64,000 bases of DNA from NCBI GenBank assembly GCA_947591105.1, contig CANQDL010000002.1, positions 4,919 to 68,918 of the forward strand. Direction: 5' to 3'. The notes below the pieces were generated by a model. That model was not told the origin of the DNA, made no database searches, and saw only the letters and a program-made list of their open reading frames with translations. How positions within the stretch are numbered: position 1 is the first letter of the stretch; every line of letters starts with the position of its first letter. Source of the DNA: an uncultured Oscillospiraceae bacterium. GTDB taxonomy: Bacteria > Bacillota > Clostridia > Oscillospirales > Oscillospiraceae. This document shows positions 8,178 to 17,365 of this stretch, piece after piece. The position numbers and the translations under genes are program-made.

Positions 8178-9229
8178 AAACGCCTGCCAACATCGCGCTC
8201 TCGCCCGACGGGAGCGCGGTGCGTATTATCGATCAGACCCTTCTGCCGGGTCAGCTCCGCTTTCTCCAGCTGCGGGAGCGGGAGCAGATGGTCGAGGCCA
8301 TCAAGACCCTGCGCGTCCGGGGCGCGCCGGCCATCGGCATCTTTGCCGGGTACTGCGTGTATGTGCTGGCCCAGAGCTACGGCCAGGAGGAGTTCTTCCC
8401 CCGGCTGGACAGCGACTGCGACCGGCTCGTCTCCTGCCGGCCCACGGCGGTGAATCTGGCCCGGCAGGTGAACAGGATGCGCGCGGCTGCCCACGCCATG
8501 GAGGGAAGCCCCGCCGGGGAGATCGTGCAGGCCCTGGGTCAGCAGGCCCGGGCCATCCACCAGGAGGATATCGCCATGTGCCTGGCCATCGCCCAGGCGG
8601 GATTGGATCTGCTGCACCCGGGGGACACGGTGCTCACCCACTGCAACGCCGGGCCCCTGGCCACGTCGGAATACGGAACCGGCCTGGGCCCTCTGCTGCT
8701 GGCGGCAGAGCGGGGCGTGGACATCAAGGCCTTCGTGGACGAGACGCGGCCTCTGCTGCAGGGGGCGAGACTCACCGCCTGGGAGCTCACAAACGCCGGG
8801 GTGGACTGCACCCTCATATGCGACAACATGGCCGCGCTGGCCATGAGCCAGGGAAAGATCCAGGCCGTGCTGGCCGGGTGCGACCGGATGGCCGCCAACG
8901 GGGACGCGGCCAATAAGATCGGCACCTCCGGCGCAGCCATCATCGCCAAACACTACGGCGTGCCGGTATATATCCTTCTGCCATCCTCCACCATTGATAT
9001 GGACTGCCCCACCGGGGCGGACATCCCCATCGAGCTGCGGGACGGGGAGGAGATCCGCTCCCTGTGGTATGAAAAGCCTATGGCGCCGGAGCAGGTGAAG
9101 TGCTGGAATCCGGCGTTTGACGTGACGGATCACACGCTCATCACCGCCATCGTGACGGAAAAGGGCGTGCTGCGCCCGCCCTATGACCAGGCCCTGCGGG
9201 CCCTTTTTGGAAAAGGAGAGACGAGATGA
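8171..9229 (+). CDS. mtnA: S-methyl-5-thioribose-1-phosphate isomerase
   Basis: VRGAPAIG, THCNAGPLAT, ETRPLLQGARLTAWEL and GCDRMAANGDAANKIGT motifs. The internal ATG at 8171 overlaps the punA stop. Confidence 0.85.
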   Translation: MLKTPANIALSPDGSAVRIIDQTLLPGQLRFLQLREREQMVEAIKTLRVRGAPAIGIFAGYCVYVLAQSYGQEEFFPRLDSDCDRLVSCRPTAVNLARQVNRMRAAAHAMEGSPAGEIVQALGQQARAIHQEDIAMCLAIAQAGLDLLHPGDTVLTHCNAGPLATSEYGTGLGPLLLAAERGVDIKAFVDETRPLLQGARLTAWELTNAGVDCTLICDNMAALAMSQGKIQAVLAGCDRMAANGDAANKIGTSGAAIIAKHYGVPVYILLPSSTIDMDCPTGADIPIELRDGEEIRSLWYEKPMAPEQVKCWNPAFDVTDHTLITAIVTEKGVLRPPYDQALRALFGKGETR

Positions 9230-10488
9230 TACGCTTTTATAACGGACGGACGCTGGAGCCCTGCGGGGTGACGGAAAATGAGATCTGGGTGGACGGCGCG
9301 GCCATATCCTATGTGGGCCCCGGGCGGGAGGACATGCCCGCCTTCGACCGGCAGATCGACCTGGGGGGCGACCTTGTCATGCCCGGGTTCAAGGACGCCC
9401 ACACCCACTCGGGGATGACCTTCCTGCGCTCGGCGGCGGACGATCTGCCCCTGCACGAGTGGCTGGAAAAGCAGGTGTTTCCCCGGGAGGCCAAGCTGAC
9501 GCCGGAGAGCACGGGGGCTTTTGTGAAGCTGGCCTTTCTGGAATATCTGGCCAACGGCATCACCGCCTGCTTCGATATGTACTACCACACGGACGAGTTC
9601 GCCCGCATCGCCAGAGACTGGGGTTTCCGGGCCGTGCTGTGCGGGAGCTTTACCGTGGGGAACGACTGGTCGGAGCTTTACGACTTCTATGACCGGTACA
9701 ACCACGGCTTCGGCCCGCTGGTCAGCGCCCAGTTGGGATTTCACGCGGAGTACACCGCCAATCGGGAGAAGCTGGAATATCTGTCCAAGGTCTGCCATGA
9801 GCTGAAAGCCCCGGTGTGGTGCCACAACTCCGAGACGGCCAGCGAGGTGCGCGACTGCGTCGCCCGCCACGGCATGACCCCCACAAAGCTCTTCGATACC
9901 CTGGGCCTTTACGACTACGGCGGGGGCGGATACCACTGCATCTATCTGAACGACGAGGACATGGACATCTTCGCCCGCCGGGGGCTCTGGGCGGTGCTGA
10001 ACGCCTGCTCCAACGGGAAGCTGGCCAGCGGCACGTTCCATCTGCACGAGGCTATGGAAAAGGGCGTGAAGCTGGCGGTGGGCACCGACGGGCCCGCCTC
10101 CAACAACGCGCTGGACATGTTCCGGGAGATGTATCTCATAAACATTATGGCAAAGCTCCGGCAGGAGGACGCGGCGGCGGGCGACCCGGCGCTGATCCTG
10201 GACGCGGCCGTCTCCGGCGGCGCCAGGGCCATGGGCCTTGACAGCTGCGACGCCATTGCCCCGGGCAAGCAGGCGGATCTTGTCCGCATCGACATGCAGC
10301 GGCCCAATATGCGTCCGGTGCACAATGTGGTGAAAAACCTTGTCTATTCCGGCAACCCCGGCAACGTGCGCATGACCATGATCGCGGGCAGGGTGCTGTA
10401 TGAGGACGGGCAGTTCTTCGTGGGCGAGGACGCGCAGAGCGTCTATCGGGACGCGGAGCGCTATACCCGGCAGATCGTGACCGGCTGA
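9226..10488 (+). CDS. mtaD: Amidohydrolase, 5-methylthioadenosine/S-adenosylhomocysteine deaminase-like
   Basis: PGFKDAHTHSGMTFLR metal-binding motif and chlorohydrolase/MtaD-like layout. ATGA overlap with mtnA. Confidence 0.7.
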   Translation: MIRFYNGRTLEPCGVTENEIWVDGAAISYVGPGREDMPAFDRQIDLGGDLVMPGFKDAHTHSGMTFLRSAADDLPLHEWLEKQVFPREAKLTPESTGAFVKLAFLEYLANGITACFDMYYHTDEFARIARDWGFRAVLCGSFTVGNDWSELYDFYDRYNHGFGPLVSAQLGFHAEYTANREKLEYLSKVCHELKAPVWCHNSETASEVRDCVARHGMTPTKLFDTLGLYDYGGGGYHCIYLNDEDMDIFARRGLWAVLNACSNGKLASGTFHLHEAMEKGVKLAVGTDGPASNNALDMFREMYLINIMAKLRQEDAAAGDPALILDAAVSGGARAMGLDSCDAIAPGKQADLVRIDMQRPNMRPVHNVVKNLVYSGNPGNVRMTMIAGRVLYEDGQFFVGEDAQSVYRDAERYTRQIVTG

Positions 10489-10507
10489 GAGAGCCCCGGA
10501 GGGATCG

Positions 10508-12247
10508 GTGAAGAAGGGAAAAGGACAAAAGACCGCTCCGGCGGCCCGGAAGGAGCAGCGGGCGGCTGTGCCGCCCGCGTCCGGGGCGCTGCTGACGTGC
10601 ATGCAGGTGTTTTTCCCCGTGTGCCTGTGGGCGGTGGGGCTGTTCCATGAGACGGCATCCTGCGCGGCGGCGCTGTTTTTACTGGGATGGCTCTTTTTCG
10701 CGTGGCGGAAAAACGGCGCGCTGCAGGCGCCGAAAACCGCCACGGCCCTGGCCGCGGCGCTGATCCCCCTGTGCTTTCTGCTGTCGGAGCTGTGGGCGGT
10801 GGATCGGGGCATGACCGTGATGGGGGCGGTGAAGTTTCTGCCTCTGCCCCTGTTCTGCCTGGCCCTGGCTCAGCTGGACGGGGACGGCCGCCGGCGTCTG
10901 GCGGAGCTCATCCCGCCGACGGGGGCGGCGATGACAGTGGCGTCTCTTCTGCTGGGGCAGATCCCGGCGCTGGAGAGCTATCTTTTCGTCAACGGCCGTC
11001 TGGCCGGGCCGCTGCAGTACCCAAACACCTTCGCGCTGCTGCTGCTGCTAGGGGTGATCGTGCTGGCCCGGCGGGAGAGACAGACGGTGATGAGCATGCT
11101 GTGCGCGCTGGCGCTGCTGGCGGGGATCTTTCTCACCGGCAGCCGGACGACCATGGCGCTGCTGGTGCTGACGGCCGTGGTGCTGTGCGCTGTCGGAAAG
11201 GGAAAGCGGCGCTGGGCGCTGCCGTGCGCGGTGGCGGCGCTGCTGGCCGGCACGGGCATTTACGCCGCGGCGACGGGAAGAGTGTCCGGGGTGGGGCGGT
11301 ATCTGACCGCGTCCCTGGGCTCCAGCACCCTGCTGGGACGGCTGCTATATTTCCGGGACGCGCTGCCGGTGATCGTCCGGCACCCCCTGGGGCTGGGCTA
11401 TCTGGGGTACTATTCCTTGCAGGGCTCCTTTCAGACGGGGGTCTACGCGGTGCAAAACATCCACAACGAGCTGCTGCAGCTGCTGCTGGATGTGGGATGG
11501 CTCCCCACGGCGGCGATGCTCTTTGCCCTGGTGCGGAGCATGCTGCCCGGCCGCAACTGCGCCCTGGGACGGCTGCTGACAGGGGCCATATGCCTGCACT
11601 GTATGATGGAATTTGATATGCAGTTCGTGGCCATGGGCTTCGTGCTACTGCTGGCCATGGATATGACCGCCCAGCAGACGGTGACCGTCCGGGCCAAGGG
11701 GCCGGCGCTGGCGGCGGGGATCGCCGCGGCGTGCGCGTGCCTTTACTTCGGCGCGGCCAGCGGACTCTATTACTTCCACGCCCCGGGCAGGGCGGCGGCG
11801 CTCTATCCGGGTTATACCAACGCGTGGGTGCAGATGCTGCCCCAGGCGCAGACGCCGGAGCAGATGGACGAGATCGCCGACAGGGTGCTGGCGTGCAACG
11901 ACAGCGTCAGCCTTGCCCACAGCGCCAAGGCCCGGGCGGCCTATGCCCAGGGCGATTTTGCCGTTGTGATCCGGGAGAAGGAGCGGGCCATCGGCCTGGC
12001 AAGGTACCAGCTGAGCGAGTATCTGGACTACATGGATATGCTGGCGGTGGGCGAACAGCTCTACAGCCAGAGCGGGGACGAGCAGAGCGCCGCCTACTGC
12101 CGGCAGCGGATAGCGGCCATACCGGATATGCTGGCCGCGGTGGAGGCGGACACCTCTCCGCTGGCCTGGCGGATCGATGAAAAGCCGGAGCTGACCCTGC
12201 CGGCGGAATACGCCGCGATGGCAAAGGCGGCGTCGGAGGGGACGTAA
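10508..12247 (+). CDS. O-antigen ligase (Wzy_C) family polytopic membrane protein with a soluble C-terminal domain
   Basis: Many TM segments. GSRTTMALLVL and HNELLQLLLDVGW motifs are typical of O-antigen ligase-like proteins. GTG start with a GGAGGG RBS. Confidence 0.65.
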   Translation: MKKGKGQKTAPAARKEQRAAVPPASGALLTCMQVFFPVCLWAVGLFHETASCAAALFLLGWLFFAWRKNGALQAPKTATALAAALIPLCFLLSELWAVDRGMTVMGAVKFLPLPLFCLALAQLDGDGRRRLAELIPPTGAAMTVASLLLGQIPALESYLFVNGRLAGPLQYPNTFALLLLLGVIVLARRERQTVMSMLCALALLAGIFLTGSRTTMALLVLTAVVLCAVGKGKRRWALPCAVAALLAGTGIYAAATGRVSGVGRYLTASLGSSTLLGRLLYFRDALPVIVRHPLGLGYLGYYSLQGSFQTGVYAVQNIHNELLQLLLDVGWLPTAAMLFALVRSMLPGRNCALGRLLTGAICLHCMMEFDMQFVAMGFVLLLAMDMTAQQTVTVRAKGPALAAGIAAACACLYFGAASGLYYFHAPGRAAALYPGYTNAWVQMLPQAQTPEQMDEIADRVLACNDSVSLAHSAKARAAYAQGDFAVVIREKERAIGLARYQLSEYLDYMDMLAVGEQLYSQSGDEQSAAYCRQRIAAIPDMLAAVEADTSPLAWRIDEKPELTLPAEYAAMAKAASEGT

Positions 12248-12313
12248 GCGCCCCGGACGGCCCAGCGGGAAGACGGAAAATAAGCAGGAATACATATACG
12301 GGAGGATCACACG

Positions 12314-14623
12314 ATGGTCAAGCGCGTACTGAGTCTGCTGTTGGCGGCGCTGATGCTGTTGGGAGCGCTGCCCATGGCCTATGCCGAGGACGAACCGGCG
12401 GAGCCGGCCGCCACGGAAGAGCCCGCTGTGACGGCGGAGCCCGTTGTGACGGAAGAGCCCGTTGTGACGGAAGAGCCCGCTGTGACGGCGGAGCCCGTTG
12501 TGACGGAAGAGCCCGCTGCGACAGAGGAGCCCATTGTGACGGAGGAGCCGGTCGTGACGGAAGAGCCGGTCGTGACGGAAGAGCCTGCTGTGACGGCGGA
12601 GCCCGCTGCGACAGAGGAGCCCATTGTGACGGAGGAGCCGGTCGTGACGGATGAACCCGCTGCGACGGAAGTTCCGGCAGAGCCGGAGGTCACTCCGGCG
12701 CCGGAGACGCCGGCGGAGCCCGTTGAGGAACCTGCCCTGGAGCCGGAGGAAGAGCTGACGGCGGAGGATGAGGCCCAGACCAAGGACGAGTTCTCCGGTT
12801 CCTGCGGGGATAAGAACAGTGACCTGACCTGGACGTATGCCGACGGGACTCTCACCATCTCCGGCACGGGCCGCACGCCCTATTTTGATAATACGTTTCT
12901 CGACCCAGGCGTTCCCTGGATCGATCACCTGGACGACATCAGAACGGTGATCGTGGGCGAGGGCGTCACCGGCGTGTACGGCGAGGCGTTCAGCGATACC
13001 AACGGATGCGATGTGAAGGAGTTTTATTTCTACGGCCGGGACACGGTGATAGACCTGGACTCTATCAATTTCACGTACCATAAGCACCCCATTGGCAGGA
13101 AAGTGCACGGCTATACCGGCTCCACGGCGGACGCATTTTCAATGGAGACGGGCATCACCTTCTGCCCCCTGGAAGGCGGCGGGCCTATCGCGCGGCTGGT
13201 AGGGGAAGGCGAGTGCGGCGCGGCGGGGAGCAGCGTACATTGGACGCTCACCGGCGAAGGGGTGCTGTCTCTTACCGGTACCGGCGCCACCCAGGATTAC
13301 GACAACATGAAGTGGCTTTCCTACGTCGAGGACATTGAAATGCCCTGGATGACATGGCGCCATGAGATCACCACGGTGAAGGTGGGGAACGGGATCACCA
13401 CCATCGGCAGAGAAAATTTCTGGAACTTCTACAGTCTGACCTCCGTGAGTCTGCCGGACACCCTTACCACGATACACGATGATGCGTTTTACAACTGCTC
13501 GGAATTGAAGAGCATTACCCTCCCAGAGGGGCTGAAGATCATGGAGGGCGGCGCGTTCAACTTCTGCTACTCGCTGAACAATGTGACCATCCCCTCTACC
13601 GTGAAAGAGATCAGCAGCGCCTGCTTTGCCCACAACGACAATCTGAAAAAGATCACCGTATTGAGCAGAGACTGCAAGTTCATCGAAGACGGCGCTTGCT
13701 ACAACGACTATATCCTGGGCGATCCGAAGCTGGTGACGGTGTCCGGCTACAGAGACTCCACCACCGACGACTACTGCAACAAGTGGGACATCAAGTTCAA
13801 GCCCCTGGACACTGTCGCCCAGCCCAGGAACATCAAGGTGAGCAACACCAGCTCGGGAGTGAAGATCAGCTGGGCCAAGGCGTCCGGCGCGGCCAAGTAC
13901 CGGGTGTACTACAAGACCGGCAAGAGCGGCTGGACGAAGATCAAGGATGTAAAGACAACCTCCTGCACCTGGACGGGGGCCAAGGTGGGCGGCAAGTATT
14001 CCTTTACGGTCAAGGCATTCGACAGCAAGGGGAAAGCCAGCACCTACGATAAGACGGGAAAATCCATCACCTACTATAAGCTGAAGACCCCGGCCGCGCC
14101 CAAGCTCTCCAATACCACAACGGGCATCAAGATCAGCTGGAGCAAGGTCTCCGGGGCGGCCAAGTACCGGATCTTCTACAAGAGCGGCTCCAGCGGCTGG
14201 AAGAAGATCGGGGACACGGCCAAGACCAGCTACACCTGGAAGAAGGCCAAGAGCGGCACAAAGTACAGCTTCACCGTCCGGTGCGTGACAAGCAACGGCA
14301 AAAGCTATACCAGCGACTACAACACAAAGGGCGCGTCCATCACCTACATCGCCGCTCCCAAGATCTCCAAGGTGGCCAAGACCACCGGAGGGATCAAGAT
14401 CACCTGGAGCAAGGTCTCCGGGGCGGCCAAGTACCGGGTGTTCTATAAGATCGGAAACGGCAAGTGGACGAAGATCGCCGATACCACGTCCACCAGCTAC
14501 ACCTGGAAGAAGGCCAAGAGCGGGACGAAGTACAGCTTCACGGTACGGTGTGTGACCAGCAACGGCAAGAGCTACACCAGCTCCTACAACAGCACGGGAA
14601 AGAGCTTCACATATAAGAAGTGA
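12314..14623 (+). CDS. Large secreted surface protein: signal peptide, acidic EEPVVT linker, BspA-type leucine-rich repeats, three basic Fn3-like modules
   Basis: Signal peptide ends LPMAYA. About 14 hexapeptide repeats. LRR segment SLPDTLTTIHDDAFYNCSELKSITLPEGL. Three modules of about 89 aa carry KISWSKVSGAAKYRVFYK. Paralog of 31956-34598. Confidence 0.85.
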   Translation: MVKRVLSLLLAALMLLGALPMAYAEDEPAEPAATEEPAVTAEPVVTEEPVVTEEPAVTAEPVVTEEPAATEEPIVTEEPVVTEEPVVTEEPAVTAEPAATEEPIVTEEPVVTDEPAATEVPAEPEVTPAPETPAEPVEEPALEPEEELTAEDEAQTKDEFSGSCGDKNSDLTWTYADGTLTISGTGRTPYFDNTFLDPGVPWIDHLDDIRTVIVGEGVTGVYGEAFSDTNGCDVKEFYFYGRDTVIDLDSINFTYHKHPIGRKVHGYTGSTADAFSMETGITFCPLEGGGPIARLVGEGECGAAGSSVHWTLTGEGVLSLTGTGATQDYDNMKWLSYVEDIEMPWMTWRHEITTVKVGNGITTIGRENFWNFYSLTSVSLPDTLTTIHDDAFYNCSELKSITLPEGLKIMEGGAFNFCYSLNNVTIPSTVKEISSACFAHNDNLKKITVLSRDCKFIEDGACYNDYILGDPKLVTVSGYRDSTTDDYCNKWDIKFKPLDTVAQPRNIKVSNTSSGVKISWAKASGAAKYRVYYKTGKSGWTKIKDVKTTSCTWTGAKVGGKYSFTVKAFDSKGKASTYDKTGKSITYYKLKTPAAPKLSNTTTGIKISWSKVSGAAKYRIFYKSGSSGWKKIGDTAKTSYTWKKAKSGTKYSFTVRCVTSNGKSYTSDYNTKGASITYIAAPKISKVAKTTGGIKITWSKVSGAAKYRVFYKIGNGKWTKIADTTSTSYTWKKAKSGTKYSFTVRCVTSNGKSYTSSYNSTGKSFTYKK
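12411..12672 (+). repeat. Tandem 18-bp coding repeat (about 14 units, E-E-P-V/A-V-T)
   Basis: Repeated GAGCCCGTTGTGACGGAA-like units read directly. They generate the spurious antisense ORF 12379-12876. Confidence 0.85.
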
Positions 14624-14677
14624 TCGGCGCGGCCCCGGCAGACAGAGATCGGCAGAAGGGAAAAAGAGGAAGCGGAG

Positions 14678-15517
14678 ATGTTTTGCAGGCGTGAGGATGG
14701 GCTGGAGCGGGTGTTCTGGCCGTTCATCGCCGGCGCGGCGGTGATCTGCGCGGTGATGGAGTATATATACCACTGGAAATTCTGGATGTTCATCGCCATG
14801 CTCGCCTGCTGGTCGGTGACGCTCCTGGCGGCGTGGGTGCTCTTTGTGTGGCTGCTGTCCCTGACGGTGGATCTGTCCCGGCCGGAGCGGGAGGATCACC
14901 CGGCTTACCGCCGGATCGCCCTGTCCATCGTGGGGGTGCTGTGCCGGTTCGGCCGGCTGCGCATCCGGACGAAGGGGATGGAGAGACTGCCCGCCGGGCG
15001 GTTTCTGCTGGTGGGAAATCACCGCTCCAACTATGACCCCATCGCCACGCTCTGGGCGCTGCGCCGGCGGGGCGTGGACGTGGCGTTCATCACCAAGCCG
15101 GAGAATATGCGCATCCCCCTGATGCGGTTCATCCACAAGATCAACTTTCTGGTCATCGACCGGGACAACCCCCGCAACGCCGTCGCCACCATCAACGCCG
15201 CGGCGGATCTGCTGGAGCGGGACGTGGTGAACATGGGCGTGTACCCGGAGGGCACCCGCAGCAAGGCGGTGCAGATGGGCCCGTTCCACAACGCGGTGTT
15301 CAAGATCGCCCAGAAGGCAAAGGTGCCCATTGTGGTGGCGGCCATATCCGGCACGGAGAAGATCAGCAAAAATATGCCCTGGCGGCACACGGACGTGACC
15401 ATAGACCTGTGCGACGTGATCGACGCCGGGCAGACCGCGGAGGCGTCCACCAAGGATCTGGGTCAGCGGGTGAGGGAGAGTCTGGAGCGGGCCTTTCAGG
15501 TCAACGACCGGGGGTGA
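14678..15517 (+). CDS. plsC: 1-acyl-sn-glycerol-3-phosphate acyltransferase
   Basis: NHRSNYDP (HX4D) and YPEGTRS motifs with N-terminal TM segments. Confidence 0.85.
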   Translation: MFCRREDGLERVFWPFIAGAAVICAVMEYIYHWKFWMFIAMLACWSVTLLAAWVLFVWLLSLTVDLSRPEREDHPAYRRIALSIVGVLCRFGRLRIRTKGMERLPAGRFLLVGNHRSNYDPIATLWALRRRGVDVAFITKPENMRIPLMRFIHKINFLVIDRDNPRNAVATINAAADLLERDVVNMGVYPEGTRSKAVQMGPFHNAVFKIAQKAKVPIVVAAISGTEKISKNMPWRHTDVTIDLCDVIDAGQTAEASTKDLGQRVRESLERAFQVNDRG

Positions 15518-15579
15518 GGTTTCCTTTTTCCGGTGGATGTGATACAATGGGACAGGCCGGAAAGAGAGGAGGGAAAGCT

Positions 15580-16212
15580 GTGGACAAGAAGGTGAAGGCG
15601 GGCGTGGCTGCGGCGGTGGTGGCCGCCGGCGTGAGCGTGAACCGGGCCTTTGAGCCGTCGGAGCTGACCCACGGCGCGGACGCGCCGCCCCAGGTGCAGA
15701 TCGAGGAGCCCTCTCCGGCGGGGGATGCGGTGTTTGCCGCCTATACGGAGGAACGGCGTATGAGCCGGGCCGACAGGGTGCGGACGTGGTTTTTGCGGCT
15801 GCCCGTGGCGGTGAAAGCGGCGGTGCTGCTGCCCCTGTGGGCGGTGGGCGCAGTCCCGGCGGCGCTGGTGACGGCCCTGTCCCCCCTGTGGCGGGCGCTG
15901 CTGGGCTTCGGACTGCAGGCGCTGGCGTTGGCGGCGCTGTTCTGCCTGGCGTACAAGCTGCTGTTTCCCAAGGCAAAGCTCAGGGAGCTTTTTCGGAAGA
16001 AAAATATCAAATGGTTCCTGCTGGCCGCGCTGGCGCTGACGGCGGCCAATGTGCTGCTGGGAGAGCTCTGGGACGGATGGCCCGCGCTGCGCGCGGTGCT
16101 GACGGCGGCGCTGGGGTATCTGACGCTGTGCCTGCTGTGGAAACGGCTGTGCGGCGCGCTGCGGATGCCGGAAAAGCCCCGTGTGCGCACGGAGCTGAAG
16201 GTGGAGTATTAA
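15580..16212 (+). CDS. Hypothetical membrane protein
   Basis: In-frame GTG at 15580 with a GAGGAGGGA RBS; the ATG at 15547 is the alternative. Several predicted TM helices. No family recognised. Confidence 0.5.
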   Translation: MDKKVKAGVAAAVVAAGVSVNRAFEPSELTHGADAPPQVQIEEPSPAGDAVFAAYTEERRMSRADRVRTWFLRLPVAVKAAVLLPLWAVGAVPAALVTALSPLWRALLGFGLQALALAALFCLAYKLLFPKAKLRELFRKKNIKWFLLAALALTAANVLLGELWDGWPALRAVLTAALGYLTLCLLWKRLCGALRMPEKPRVRTELKVEY

Positions 16213-16271
16213 GTATATGGGGAGGCAGACCTCCCATAATATGATAAAAGGTTTAGGAGCGGATCGATAAA

Positions 16272-17090
16272 ATGAGTCAGGATTGTTCTCACAATTGTGA
16301 AAGCTGCGGCGTGGACTGCGCCCAGCGGCAGAGTCCGTCCAGTATGCTGGAGCCGGTCAATGAGCTGTCGAAGATCAACAAGGTGATCGCCGTGGTCAGC
16401 GGCAAGGGCGGCGTGGGCAAGAGTATGGTCACGTCCCTGCTGGCCCTGTGCGCGGCAAAGAGCGGGAAAAAGGTGGGTATCCTGGACGCGGATATCACCG
16501 GCCCCTCCATCCCCACCGCCTTCGGGGTGCACGATAAGCCCTACGCCACCGAGAAGGGGATGCCCGCCCTGGAGAGCGGCGGGGGGATCAAGCTGATGAG
16601 CATCAACCTGCTGCTGGACAACGAGACCGATCCGGTGGTGTGGCGGGGGCCCGTCATCGCCTCGGCGGTGAAGCAATTCTGGACGGATGTGATATGGGGC
16701 GAGATCGACTGCCTGTTCGTGGACATGCCTCCCGGAACGGGGGACGTGCCCCTGACCGTGTTCCAGTCCCTGCCCGTCAGCGGCGTGGTGGTGGTGACCA
16801 CCCCCCAGGATCTGGTAGGGATGATCGTGGAGAAGGCCGTGAATATGGCCAAGATGATGAATGTGCCCGTGCTGGGGATCGTGGAGAATATGGCCTGGTA
16901 TGAGTGCCCCTGCTGCGGACAGAAGCTCAACGTGTTCGGCCAGAGCCATGTGGAGGAACAGGGACTGCGCCTGGGAGTGGGCAACACCGTGAGCCTGCCC
17001 ATGGATCCCACCCTGGCGGCGGCGTGCGACCAGGGACAGGTGGAACAGGCGGATGTCTCCCGGCTGTGGGAGTTTGCCCAGAGGCTGTGA
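16272..17090 (+). CDS. Mrp/NBP35 (ApbC) family Fe-S cluster carrier ATPase
   Basis: Deviant Walker A SGKGGVGKS, CPCCG motif and N-terminal CxxC cluster. Confidence 0.9.
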   Translation: MSQDCSHNCESCGVDCAQRQSPSSMLEPVNELSKINKVIAVVSGKGGVGKSMVTSLLALCAAKSGKKVGILDADITGPSIPTAFGVHDKPYATEKGMPALESGGGIKLMSINLLLDNETDPVVWRGPVIASAVKQFWTDVIWGEIDCLFVDMPPGTGDVPLTVFQSLPVSGVVVVTTPQDLVGMIVEKAVNMAKMMNVPVLGIVENMAWYECPCCGQKLNVFGQSHVEEQGLRLGVGNTVSLPMDPTLAAACDQGQVEQADVSRLWEFAQRL

Positions 17091-17104
17091 AGAGCAAAAG
17101 AAGC

Positions 17105-17132
17105 AGAGTGCCTGCCATGCGGCAGGCACTCT
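17105..17132. terminator. Bidirectional terminator between the convergent mrp and XRE genes
   Basis: 12-bp stem AGAGTGCCTGCC/GGCAGGCACTCT with T-rich tracts on both sides. Confidence 0.6.
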
Positions 17133-17140
17133 TGTTGTAT

Positions 17141-17365
17141 TCAGGGGAACAGCGTGTCGTAGCTGACGGCGAGGATCTCCCGCAGACATTTCAACTCGTC
17201 GGGATAGATGTGGCGCTGCCCGGCCTCGATCTTTGCCAGGGCGCTGCGGGTGACGTCGCAGCCCATTACCTGCAGCCGAGCCGCCAGCTGCTCCTGGGAG
17301 AGCCGGCGCTCCATCCGCAGCGCGCGTATATTCTGTCCCAGCGCCTTTTCGTATGCCGTGTTCAT
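17141..17365 (-). CDS. XRE-family helix-turn-helix transcriptional regulator
   Basis: 74 aa. LGQNIRALRMERRLSQEQLAARL is an HTH_3-type motif. Its start overlaps the GNAT stop. Confidence 0.8.
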   Translation of the reverse strand: MNTAYEKALGQNIRALRMERRLSQEQLAARLQVMGCDVTRSALAKIEAGQRHIYPDELKCLREILAVSYDTLFP

